Source: Candidatus Entotheonellaceae bacterium
GTDB taxonomy: Bacteria; Tectomicrobia; Entotheonellia; Entotheonellales; Entotheonellaceae
Direction: 5' to 3'
DNA: 64,000 bases
Assembly: GCA_965238075.1 (NCBI GenBank)
Contig: OZ250173.1
Coordinates: forward strand, 1,344,001-1,408,000
Shown here: positions 41,745 to 50,701 of the stretch, one piece after another
Numbering within the stretch: position 1 is the first letter of the stretch
Layout of the letters: every line of letters begins with the position of its first letter
Made by a program: the position numbers and the translations under genes
Notes under the pieces: model-generated
Told to the model about the DNA's origin: nothing
Seen by the model: the letters and a program-made list of their open reading frames with translations, nothing else
The model's database searches: none

Positions 41745-43190
41745 ATCGTTGCGCTCCAAAAGCAATGACACGCCGTCGGCCATCTGCGTCATACGGCCGA
41801 GGAACAAGCTGCCCTTGGCGAGCAGCAGCACGCGCTGCAGGTCGCCGCCGCGCAGGCCGTCCACGGCGTGGCCGAGAAAGGGCACCGCCGAGGCGATATG
41901 CCCCTGCGTGGGTGAAAAGCCGGGCATGCCGTGCGCGGCGACGAAATCCGGCACCTGCGCGCGGGTGATTTGCTTGCCCATCGCCGCCAGGCCCGCGATG
42001 ACGCGGTAGTTGAGGAGCGGCACGTTGCCGCTGCCCGCCGGCTCGGTGACCTCCGGGTTGTGCAACTCGGTGGCGTACTTGTCGATGTCGCCGAAGCTCA
42101 GCCCCAGGCGCTGCAGAGGCTCGCTGACGAGTTGCTCGAAGATGGCCTTCTGCGACGGCCCGGCGGCCACGGTGTGGCGGCCCAGGGAGTCCAGTCGGAG
42201 TCTCGGTGAAGCGCCGTCGTCGCCGCTGACCAGAATGGCTACCGCAGCCAGCACGTCCTCCAGAATGGGCTGGTCGTGCTGCACGTGGCCGCGGTACTTC
42301 ATGCCCAGTTTGGAAAGCGCGCACCCCCCAACCACGACAACGTGCGAAAACACCCGGGCGCTGACCAGCCCGCCGGCGATGGCCAGGGCGTGCAGCGGGC
42401 CGCAGCAGAAGCCCTTGATATCGACGCCGGTTGCTGCCTGGCAGCCGCTCATTTCCGCCACCGCCTTGGCCAGGTTGCCGCCGCCGCGCTGGTAGCGGTC
42501 GCCCACCGCCTCCTCGCCGCTATTGAGTACGTAGGGGATGTCCATCGGGTCGATGGGCAACTGCGCCAGCAGGGTGCGCATGGCCAGGACGGCGGTCGTC
42601 TTGCAGGCCAGATTTTCGAGCAGCACGTCGGCGGCGAGCGTGGCATCCACCTCATGCGCGGCATGGAAACAGCCGATGCGGGAACCGTCGCGCAGGAAGA
42701 GCGGCAGGGCGGGCATGTCGCCTGTCAACCGGGCATCAAGATCGGCCTGCGAAACGCCCTTGCCCAATTGCTCGAGGTCGGCCGGCGTGCACAGCGGATG
42801 GACGTCCAGCGCGGGGCGGATGGACTCGATGAAGCCCGTATCCAAACTTACGAGATTGAAAACGTCGGCGATTTTCAGCCAGCCGTAAAACTCCTCCTCC
42901 GGCATGATCTCGCCGTGCGGCCCCCAGCGCTCGCCGCAACCGGCGTGCCGGAACCATGGCGTCGGCAGGCTGGCGAGAGCGTCCGGGTGGATGGCGCCGA
43001 GAAAGGCCTGGTTGGGTGGGTAGGCCGCGGCGTCGGCGTAGCCGCGCAGGTGGGCTTGCAGGGTATCGGCCACCGCCGGGTCGCGGTCGATGTCGCGGCT
43101 GGGCTTGGAGCCGTAGCGTACCAGCCCGGGGGTGTGGGCCAGGAAGAATCGCACCCCCCGGATGACGGGCTGCGCTGTCATCTGCTGCAT
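41742..43190 (-). CDS. grdC: Glycine/sarcosine/betaine reductase component C, beta subunit
   Basis: YPPNQAFLG, GEIMPEEEF, LLENLACK, SGEEAVGDRYQRGGGNLAKAVAE, FCCGP, ELHNPE, GFSPTQGHI, KGSLFLGRMT. Confidence 0.9.
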   Translation of the reverse strand: MQQMTAQPVIRGVRFFLAHTPGLVRYGSKPSRDIDRDPAVADTLQAHLRGYADAAAYPPNQAFLGAIHPDALASLPTPWFRHAGCGERWGPHGEIMPEEEFYGWLKIADVFNLVSLDTGFIESIRPALDVHPLCTPADLEQLGKGVSQADLDARLTGDMPALPLFLRDGSRIGCFHAAHEVDATLAADVLLENLACKTTAVLAMRTLLAQLPIDPMDIPYVLNSGEEAVGDRYQRGGGNLAKAVAEMSGCQAATGVDIKGFCCGPLHALAIAGGLVSARVFSHVVVVGGCALSKLGMKYRGHVQHDQPILEDVLAAVAILVSGDDGASPRLRLDSLGRHTVAAGPSQKAIFEQLVSEPLQRLGLSFGDIDKYATELHNPEVTEPAGSGNVPLLNYRVIAGLAAMGKQITRAQVPDFVAAHGMPGFSPTQGHIASAVPFLGHAVDGLRGGDLQRVLLLAKGSLFLGRMTQMADGVSLLLERND

Positions 43191-43212
43191 GCGTGTTCCT
43201 CGGGCGGCGGGG

Positions 43213-44502
43213 TCAGTACTCGATACAACTCATGCTGGTAAAGCCGTAGTGGTCGTCGTGGCGCGGTGGCGGCGGCAGTTGCCCGGCGGCCGGCACGCGC
43301 TGGTCGCGCAGCGGGCCGATGTCCTTGTACTGCAGGCCGATGACCCGTTCCACCGGCGGCAGGTCAGGCACCTCCAGCGTGCGCGTCTTGAAGAAGCTGG
43401 TGCTGACGATGGCGTTGGCCTCGGGCAGCGGCTCCAGCATGGTCGGGGCGGCCTCGGTGGCGTCGTCCTCGCTGGTCAGGAAGACGGTCTTGATGCCCAG
43501 TTGCTCGCAAGCCTGAATGGTGCGGACGACCTCGATGAACTCGTTGCCGCCGGCGTCCCAGGTCACCATCGCGCCCTGCGCGCCCAGGAGCTTTGCCAGC
43601 TTCGCCGTCTGGTTGGCCATGAGTTGCTTTTCGTGCTGCGTGGTCCACTCGGTACGCAGCGTGATGACACCCAGGAAATTCCAGTCGACGCCGTGGCGGC
43701 GGTACAGGTCGAGCAGCACGGGGTTGTTGGCCACCGTCCACGACATGGCAAACGCCGTGCGGTACGGGCCGGTGAGGGCGCCGTCGAGGATTTCGTTGGG
43801 GTGCAGGAACCATGGCGGCGTCAGTTGGGTGAGGCCGTAGGTGGTGGTGCAGAACGCCGTCGGCGAGCCGGACATGGCCTGCGGCGAGTGCACGCACCAG
43901 ATGTAGATCACGTTAGGGAGGTCAGGGTCGACTACGCGCAGTTCGAACACTTCCTGCTGCGGCGGGGTGAGGTGGCGCGTCGCCGCCGCGACCTGATCGT
44001 TGACCACCAGAGCCGCCTTGTGCACGGCGTCGTTCTGGGCTTCGTTGCCGAGGCCGGGGTCGGGTTCGACGACCGCGCACAGGTGGATGAGTTGGCTCAG
44101 CGGGATGAGTTCCGACCACGGACCGGACATGTCGAGGTAGACTTCCACGAAGTCGCCGCCGGCGTCGTGCCAGTTGACGCTCGACACCTCGGTGATGCCC
44201 ATGCCGGAGAGGCGGTGCGTGCGGCCTTCGCCTACCGTGGTGATGGCGCGGCCAGCGGTGCCGGGGTAGATGACGCCGGGACCTTCCACCTTGATGCGCG
44301 GCTCGATGACATCGCGCACCGGCCAGATGCGGGCGGAGTCGCCGGGACAGGCGATGTCCAGATCGACGCTGGCGATGCGGGGGTCGGCGTGCACGGCTTC
44401 GATGACGGCGTCCTTATCGACCTGCAAATGGCCGTCGGCGTAGCGGGTTTCGGAGCCGAAGGTGATGCGCTCAACGGGGAAGGTGCCCATCTCAAGACGC
44501 AT
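43213..44502 (-). CDS. grdE: Reductase component B GrdE/GrdI-like subunit
   Basis: MRLEMG.F, PGDSARI.PVRDVIEPR.K, VGEGRTH.L, DMSGP, HPNEILDGA, NNPV..DLY..HG, GIKTV. Confidence 0.85.
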   Translation of the reverse strand: MRLEMGTFPVERITFGSETRYADGHLQVDKDAVIEAVHADPRIASVDLDIACPGDSARIWPVRDVIEPRIKVEGPGVIYPGTAGRAITTVGEGRTHRLSGMGITEVSSVNWHDAGGDFVEVYLDMSGPWSELIPLSQLIHLCAVVEPDPGLGNEAQNDAVHKAALVVNDQVAAATRHLTPPQQEVFELRVVDPDLPNVIYIWCVHSPQAMSGSPTAFCTTTYGLTQLTPPWFLHPNEILDGALTGPYRTAFAMSWTVANNPVLLDLYRRHGVDWNFLGVITLRTEWTTQHEKQLMANQTAKLAKLLGAQGAMVTWDAGGNEFIEVVRTIQACEQLGIKTVFLTSEDDATEAAPTMLEPLPEANAIVSTSFFKTRTLEVPDLPPVERVIGLQYKDIGPLRDQRVPAAGQLPPPPRHDDHYGFTSMSCIEY

Positions 44503-45841
44503 GCGCCACCTCCTGCTCCGGGGTCATTTCCAACGGGTCGAACAGCGTCGGGCCGGGCACCGGCGTGCAGATGGCGTCGAGGGCGGTGCGCACGATGCGC
44601 ATGCCGTAGGCGTAATCCTTCTCGGGGCCGAGGTTCGGGTCGCCGCACACGTGCTCGATGCGCGAGCCGCGGATGACGCGGACGGCGCCGGTGGTGAGGG
44701 CGAGGTCATAGATGGCGGAGATCATGCCGACGGGGATACCGGCGCGCTCGATTTCCTTGGCGATCGTTGCACCGCAACGATTGCAGGTGCCTCACGTGGC
44801 CACCAGGAGACAGCCGTCAACCCCGCTGTTGACGAGGTCCTGGGCGATGCTGCGGCCCAAGTCGCACGACATGGCGACCGGCGTGGCGACGCCCGGCAGC
44901 GCGTAGATGGAACTGAAGACGCCGCCGATTTGGCCGTCGGCTTCCAGGTCGCGCAGGAAGTTGAGGGGCAGGATGTAGTTGGGATTGGAATTGACGATAT
45001 GGTTGAAATAGCCGGCGTGGTACGCCTCCCAATCGGCGTCGGAGAGGCTTTGCAGCTCGGCGACCGAGTGGCGGTAATACCGGCTGGCGTTGGCGGCGAC
45101 CTGCTTGTCCGGGTTGCCCTTGCGCACCAGGCCGCCGGTGGTGACCATGGCGATGGTGGCTCGCGACAGATCAGTGACGGGCACGGCGGGCTCGACTTTT
45201 TCCGGCGCGTGGATGGGTACCTCGGTAACAAACGGCTGATCCTTGAGCTTGGCCAGCAGCATATCGAGGGCGCGCTGGTAGCCGGGGCGTTGACGGTCAT
45301 GCACGCGCCGCACGCCGCGCGGCATGTAGCCGTCGATCTCCGCCGGTCCGAGCGCCTCCCCGCGGCCCAGCTTGCCTGCCAGCCGCACCATGGCGGCCAG
45401 CGCCTGCGGCATGTCGGCGGACGTTTCGCCGGTCGGCACCATGACGACGTCCGGCCAGCCGCTCAGCGCCCCCGGATTGTCCGGGTGCATGCCGCTGATA
45501 GCCTTGATGCCCAGCGCCTGTGCCGTCTTGCAAACCTCGGCGCACGCCAGCCCGTAGCGCCCGGAGCCAAACGCCGGCCCCGCTACCAGGATGTCCGGCT
45601 TCAGCGCCTCCAGATGCCCCTTGATGGCGGCCACGGCCTCCGCTTCCCGCTCGTTGAAGTAGTTGTCGCCGCAGACCAGCGTGCCCACCACGCTGCCCGC
45701 GCCGCCCAGCGCCTGTTGCAGCGCCCGGCCCGCGCCTACGGGCTCGTTTTCGAGCGACACCCCAACGTTCGCCGCGTCCTCGCCGCCAATACCGCCAAAG
45801 AACTGATTCACGTAATGCACCACGCGCAACGGGCTGTCCAT
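44492..45841 (-). CDS. grdB: Reductase component B selenoprotein (Sec350, 449 aa)
   Basis: VVHYVNQFFGGIGGED, CGDNYF, AGPAF, VTTGGLV.KGN; LVAT-TGA(44792-4)-GTCNRC (UxxCxxC) in frame with KEIERAGIP..HVCGDP. Confidence 0.93.
44763..44781 (-). promoter_or_regulatory. Candidate SECIS hairpin of grdB
   Basis: AUCGUUGC-GGU-GCAACGAU, perfect 8-bp stem starting 10 nt after UGA. Confidence 0.75.
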
Positions 45842-45896
45842 GCGTTCACCCTCCTCGACTGTTCAACCCCATGTCTCCGACGCCCAAGGCGGCAGC

Positions 45897-45925
45897 ATTC
45901 TGGATGAACGGCCTGTGCAGGTCAA
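45897..45925 (-). promoter_or_regulatory. Putative sigma70 promoter of the grd operon
   Basis: TTGACC-N17-CAGAAT upstream of RBS GAGGAGG. Confidence 0.5.
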
Positions 45926-45998
45926 GGCGGTGATCTCTCTTCGCAGCTGCGGCTGAATAAGGTGCAGAGCCAAGAAAAGCGATTCACCGTTCTGGAAT

Positions 45999-46589
45999 TC
46001 AAGGCCGATTCGTAGATGCCTCGGCCACGCCAGCCAGCAGATTTCCCAGCAGACGCAGGCCATGGTTGTTTTCCATGGTCAGAATTGACTCAGGATGGAA
46101 CTGCACGCCCTCAATGGGCAGGGCGCGGTGGCGGATGCCCATCACCACGTCGCCCCAGGTGGCGGTCACTTCGAAAACGTCGGGAATCGCGTCGCCGACC
46201 AGCGAGTGGTAGCGACCCACCGGCAGGGGTGACGGCAGGTCCTCGTAGATGCCTTGGCCGTAATGGTCAATCTCGCTCTGCTTGCCGTGGTAGGGGCGCG
46301 GCAGCACCCGTAGCGTGCCGCCGAAATACTCGATCATCGCCTGATGGCCCAGGCACACGCCGAACAGCGGCACGTGCTGGTGGAATTGATCAATGTAGGC
46401 CAGCAGGTTGCCGGCGTTGGCAGGCGTCGACGGGCCTGGCGAGAAGACCAGCAAATCCGGCTCCGACGCCGCCACGATGTCCACCGGGATGTCGTTGCGG
46501 TACACCCGCACGGTGCATTCGAGGCGGCGAAAGTAATCGACCAGATTGAAGGTGAACGAATCGAAATTGTCGATCATGGTGATGTTCAT
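45999..46589 (-). CDS. trpG: Anthranilate synthase component II (glutamine amidotransferase)
   Basis: IDNFDSFTFNL, SPGP, GVCLGHQ, RYHSL, GVQFHPES. Confidence 0.9.
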   Translation of the reverse strand: MNITMIDNFDSFTFNLVDYFRRLECTVRVYRNDIPVDIVAASEPDLLVFSPGPSTPANAGNLLAYIDQFHQHVPLFGVCLGHQAMIEYFGGTLRVLPRPYHGKQSEIDHYGQGIYEDLPSPLPVGRYHSLVGDAIPDVFEVTATWGDVVMGIRHRALPIEGVQFHPESILTMENNHGLRLLGNLLAGVAEASTNRP

Positions 46590-46604
46590 GGAAATTCCCC
46601 CCGT

Positions 46605-48227
46605 TTACTCGACGCCATCCAGCGCTTCAAGTAAAGCCCTTGCCTTGGCCTCGGTTTCCGCGTATTCGGCGGCCGGCTCCGAATCGAACAACAGCGTCGA
46701 GCCGACTCGCACGCGCACGTCGTAAGCGGGCGCCGCGCCGCTCTGCCGCCGCACCAGGTGCGCCGTGCGGATGATGATGCCGGTGTCGAGCTGGCCCGAG
46801 AACGTCAGGTAGCCAACGTTGCCCCCGTAGTAGCCGCGGCGGCTTTGCTCGTGGTTCTCGATGTACGCCATGGCTGCCGCCTTGGGCGTTCCTGTCAGGG
46901 TGCCGGCGTTGAGGCAGGCGATGAAGGCGTCGAAGGCAGACAGCCCGGCGGACAACTCGCCTTCCACCTGCGCCACCGTGTGCATCACGCGCGAGTATTT
47001 TTCGACGAAACGATAATCCGAGACGCTAACACCCGGCTCGCACACTCGACTGACGTCGTTGCGCGCCAGATCGATGAGCATGTCGAGTTCCGACTTTTCC
47101 TTCTCCGAGTTCAGCAGCTGCATCATGTTGTGATAGTCGGTGAGGCTGTCGGTGCCGCGCGGCATGGTGCCGGAAATGGGCCGCTGCTGCACCACGCCGC
47201 CTTCCACACGCACGAACATCTCAGGTGAGGCGCCGACCAGCGCCTCGTTGCCGTAATCGACGTAGAACTGGTATGGAGACGGATTGATGGCGCGGAACCG
47301 CCGGTATAGCTCCAGGGGGCTACGGGTATATTCACCCATGAAGCTGTGCGACAAGACGACCTCGAAGAATTCGCCCTGGCGCATCTGCTCGCGCGCCTCG
47401 TCGACCGCCGCCATGAAGGCGTCGCGCCCGGTGTCCGATTCCAGCTTGTGGGGGATGCGATGGCGCTCGGCGGCGGGTGTCGGGGCCGCTGGTTTCAGGC
47501 TGGACAGCCGCTCGCGCACCAGATCGACGGCGGAGGCGGAACTGTCCAGGAAATCGTAAATGATCAGCGTTGCTCGTTCCTTCAGGTGGTCGTAAAACAG
47601 CAGCATGTCCGGCATGAACAGCCGGAAATCCTGGCTGGGGCCGGGTTGCAGACGATCGGGCAACGGCTCGAACAGGCGTACAAAATCGTAGGCGAAAGCG
47701 CCGTACAACCCCAGGAAGCGGTCGTCGCAGCGAAAGTGCCGCAGCAGCGTGCGCACAATCTGCGAGATGTTGTTAAGGAGCAGCCGTTCGTCCTCGGCCA
47801 CCGGACGGCGTTCGCAGGGCACGGTGCCGGTCAGCGCTCGGTCGCCGCGCTGCAGGTCCTGGCAACAGGCGAAGTCAACGTCGGCGAGCGGCTGCCGCAG
47901 CATGGCCCGACCGCGTTCATTCAGGGCGCGGATGGCGAAGGCATCTTCCTTGCCCTCGACCAGCACCGGCGGGTCGATCACCGCCAGGGAGTAGCGGCCG
48001 TAGACGCGCGACACGTCGACCGACTCGTACAACACGCCCGGTGTGTTGGCGTTGAGGTGTTGGTAAAGCTCCAGGGGAGGCAAGTCGTCCCGGCTGAAAT
48101 CGAACGTCAGCGTCAGGCGTCGGAGGTTGCCGCGGCCGTCGCCGTAGGGCAGAACCTCCTCGCTGACCGGTTGCCGCAAGAGATACTCGTGCACGTCGCT
48201 GGCCGTCATGAAGGGTGTGCTTGTCAT
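46605..48227 (-). CDS. trpE: Anthranilate synthase component I
   Basis: LYES, GEFFEVVLS, INPSPY, GASPE, RPISGT, KEKSELDMLIDLARND, YSRVMH, GTLTGTPK; Trp-rich leader upstream. Confidence 0.9.
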   Translation of the reverse strand: MTSTPFMTASDVHEYLLRQPVSEEVLPYGDGRGNLRRLTLTFDFSRDDLPPLELYQHLNANTPGVLYESVDVSRVYGRYSLAVIDPPVLVEGKEDAFAIRALNERGRAMLRQPLADVDFACCQDLQRGDRALTGTVPCERRPVAEDERLLLNNISQIVRTLLRHFRCDDRFLGLYGAFAYDFVRLFEPLPDRLQPGPSQDFRLFMPDMLLFYDHLKERATLIIYDFLDSSASAVDLVRERLSSLKPAAPTPAAERHRIPHKLESDTGRDAFMAAVDEAREQMRQGEFFEVVLSHSFMGEYTRSPLELYRRFRAINPSPYQFYVDYGNEALVGASPEMFVRVEGGVVQQRPISGTMPRGTDSLTDYHNMMQLLNSEKEKSELDMLIDLARNDVSRVCEPGVSVSDYRFVEKYSRVMHTVAQVEGELSAGLSAFDAFIACLNAGTLTGTPKAAAMAYIENHEQSRRGYYGGNVGYLTFSGQLDTGIIIRTAHLVRRQSGAAPAYDVRVRVGSTLLFDSEPAAEYAETEAKARALLEALDGVE

Positions 48228-48404
48228 GGTTTCGTCCCCACAGTTACTGTCGTTGCAAATGCTCACTGCCTGCCCCGTGCGGCCTGCACGTCGGGCTGCG
48301 CCGCCACAGGGAACGCGCTTCTGCCGCAAGTGGGCTATGCTTCGATTAAATGATGCCGTACCGGAAAAGGAGCGGAAGAACCGAAACGTCGGGATGGGGC
48401 AGAC

Positions 48405-48524
48405 TTACCAGCGCCACCAGCGGAGGGGACGCCATCGCAAGGCACACAGCGGGTAGGAAGGGGTATGGCCGGATTCGAGAGAGACATCGGGGCCTGTGGC
48501 CGGATAGGGCGCTCGCAGGCTCAT
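48405..48524 (-). CDS. trpL: Trp leader peptide (39 aa)
   Basis: RBS AAGGAGA, MSLRAPYPATGPDVSLESGHTPSYPLCALRWRPLRWWRW*, 4 Trp in the last 9 codons, upstream of trpE. Confidence 0.8.
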   Translation of the reverse strand: MSLRAPYPATGPDVSLESGHTPSYPLCALRWRPLRWWRW

Positions 48525-48573
48525 GGACGTTCTCCTTACGCGGAACCGTAAACGCATTAAACGATTGCGGGCG

Positions 48574-48602
48574 ACTATACAGAGGGCCATGGCGCCTGTC
48601 AA
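48574..48602 (-). promoter_or_regulatory. Sigma70 promoter of trpLEG
   Basis: TTGACA-N17-TATAGT, 50 nt before the leader ATG. Confidence 0.75.
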
Positions 48603-48711
48603 TCCCGCTGTACCGGAGCCTGTTTTGACTTTCCGCTTGCCCGGCATGTAAGCTGCGTGGCACATTGAGCATTACCGATTCCTGATCTCTGACTGGGGGA
48701 GGATCCGGCCC

Positions 48712-49602
48712 ATGCCACTGGCAGCCATGAACGACGGCACCCGCTTGTACTACGAATCCACCGGCAGCGGCTTCCCGCTGCTGTTCAGCCACGAGTATGC
48801 CGGCGATTACCGTAGCTGGGAGCCGCAAGTACGCTATTTCGCGCGGCGTTACCGGGTGATCGCGTACAACGCCCGCGGCTATCCCCCGTCGGACGTGCCG
48901 GAGGACGTCGGTTCATACTCGCAGGCGCGCGCCATGCACGACATCGCGCAGCTCCTGGAAGCGCTGCAGGTGCCGCAGGCGCATGTGGTCGGCCTGTCGA
49001 TGGGCGGCTACGCTACCCTGCATTTCGGTCTCAACTATCCGCAGATGGCGCGGTCACTGGTTGTGGCGGGATGCGGCTACGGCTCGGTGGCGGGCGACCG
49101 GCAGAAATTCCAGCAGGACTCGGCGCAGGTGGCGCAGCGCATTGAGCACGACGGCATGCAGGCCACGGCTGCCGTGTATGCCAAGGGTCCGACGCGGGTG
49201 CAGTTTGAGGACAAGGACCCACGCGGCTGGCAGGAATTCGCCGATCAGCTCGCCGAGCATTCGGCCACCGGCGCGTCCCTGACGATGCGCGGCGTGCAGG
49301 GTCAACGCCCCTCGGTGTACGAGTTGGAAGACCGGATGCGGCAGTTGCAGGTGCCCACCCTGATCGTTACCGGCGATGAGGACGAACCGTGCCTGGAGCC
49401 GGGGCTGTTCATGAAGCGCGTCATTCCAGCCGCCGGCCTCGTCGTTGTGCCCAAGACCGGCCACACGATCAACCTGGAGGAGCCGGAGTCGTTCAACCGT
49501 ATCGTCAGTGACTTTCTGACCGCTGTGGAATCCGGCCGGTGGCAGGCCCGTAATCCGGCCTCCCTGAGCACCTCGGCCATTCTGCCCGACGAGCAACGGT
49601 GA
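48712..49602 (+). CDS. Alpha/beta hydrolase
   Basis: HEYAGD, YNARGYPPS, GLSMGG, GDED, GHTINLEEP. Confidence 0.9.
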   Translation: MPLAAMNDGTRLYYESTGSGFPLLFSHEYAGDYRSWEPQVRYFARRYRVIAYNARGYPPSDVPEDVGSYSQARAMHDIAQLLEALQVPQAHVVGLSMGGYATLHFGLNYPQMARSLVVAGCGYGSVAGDRQKFQQDSAQVAQRIEHDGMQATAAVYAKGPTRVQFEDKDPRGWQEFADQLAEHSATGASLTMRGVQGQRPSVYELEDRMRQLQVPTLIVTGDEDEPCLEPGLFMKRVIPAAGLVVVPKTGHTINLEEPESFNRIVSDFLTAVESGRWQARNPASLSTSAILPDEQR

Positions 49603-49612
49603 GGACTGAGAT

Positions 49613-50701
49613 ATGTCCCGCCCCAAGGCCCAAGACCTGATCGGCGTCGTTGAAAATCCGCCGGAGCACAGCAGCGCCGCGCAACCGGACGCCGTTGCCC
49701 TGCTTTTCGACGCCCAAGAACCGCCGCCCTTTCCCGAGATGAACATCTTTCCTCTGGAATGGCGAGTCGAAACGCCCCTGCTGCAACAGATTTACGACCA
49801 GGCCCGCACCCCCGGCTGGTCACCCCACACCCTGCCCTGGGACACCCTCAAGGCCGATGATTTCTCCCTCGACGAGCGCTACGCTATGGCCTACTGGTTC
49901 ACCCTGCTGTCGGTGTTCGACGGCTCCGGCCCGGCGGTGTTCTCGCGCGCCTTCATCCACACTTGGGAAACGCACCAGGAAGACCCGGTGCGCAAATGCT
50001 TTTTCTCCATCGTGCGCGATGAGGTGAACCACGAAGAAGTCTGCCAGCGCGCCATCCAGATCCTGACGCCCAACGGGCCGCTCGGTTACGAGCCCGAAAC
50101 GCCCCTCGGCCGCCTCGCCCGCAACAACGTCAAGTGGTATTACCACAACGGTTGCCGCTACTGGAGCGGCTTCAAGAGCGGGATCACGAGATTTCAGCTG
50201 CCGATTCTGTTTGCGTCGTTCCTGATGGGGGAGGTGGCGGCGGCGACGCTGTTCCACGGCATGTACCAGCGCACCACGATGCCGGCGCTCAAAGAGGCGT
50301 TCAAGATGATCGGCAAGGACGAGGCGCGCCATATGGCGATCTGCCTGGCCGTGCTGCGCAGCGTGCTGCCGCGCCTGTCCGACGAGCAGCGTGCCGTCAT
50401 CACCCGGCAGATTCGTGCCGGGTTCGTCTTTCTGTCGGGGATTCTGTACGTGCCGCCCACGGACTTCTGGGAGCTTGGCCCCACCTTCCGCCCCGCACAC
50501 CGCATGCTGGAAGAGGCGGCCCGCGCCGCCGGACTCGGCATCCTGACGGAGGACGAGCGGGCCGAGAACTGGCGCGCTGCGGTGCTGCAGCTGAAGGGCA
50601 TTCTGGAGCCGCACGGGGTGGAATTTCCGGCCCTGCCGGAGATCGGCGTCGATGGCAAGACCGTGGCGATTGACCCGCAGGACATCATCCCGGTGTTTTA
50701 G
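49613..50701 (+). CDS. Ferritin-like di-iron carboxylate protein
   Basis: Paired DEVNH and DEARH (DExxH) motifs plus upstream acidic ligands (VFDG, MGEV). Confidence 0.75.
   Translation: MSRPKAQDLIGVVENPPEHSSAAQPDAVALLFDAQEPPPFPEMNIFPLEWRVETPLLQQIYDQARTPGWSPHTLPWDTLKADDFSLDERYAMAYWFTLLSVFDGSGPAVFSRAFIHTWETHQEDPVRKCFFSIVRDEVNHEEVCQRAIQILTPNGPLGYEPETPLGRLARNNVKWYYHNGCRYWSGFKSGITRFQLPILFASFLMGEVAAATLFHGMYQRTTMPALKEAFKMIGKDEARHMAICLAVLRSVLPRLSDEQRAVITRQIRAGFVFLSGILYVPPTDFWELGPTFRPAHRMLEEAARAAGLGILTEDERAENWRAAVLQLKGILEPHGVEFPALPEIGVDGKTVAIDPQDIIPVF

Noticed and set aside
41327-44794. Treating grdA and grdB as pseudogenes or split genes
   Set aside because: The UGA codons fall exactly on the known Sec motifs and are followed by SECIS-like hairpins.
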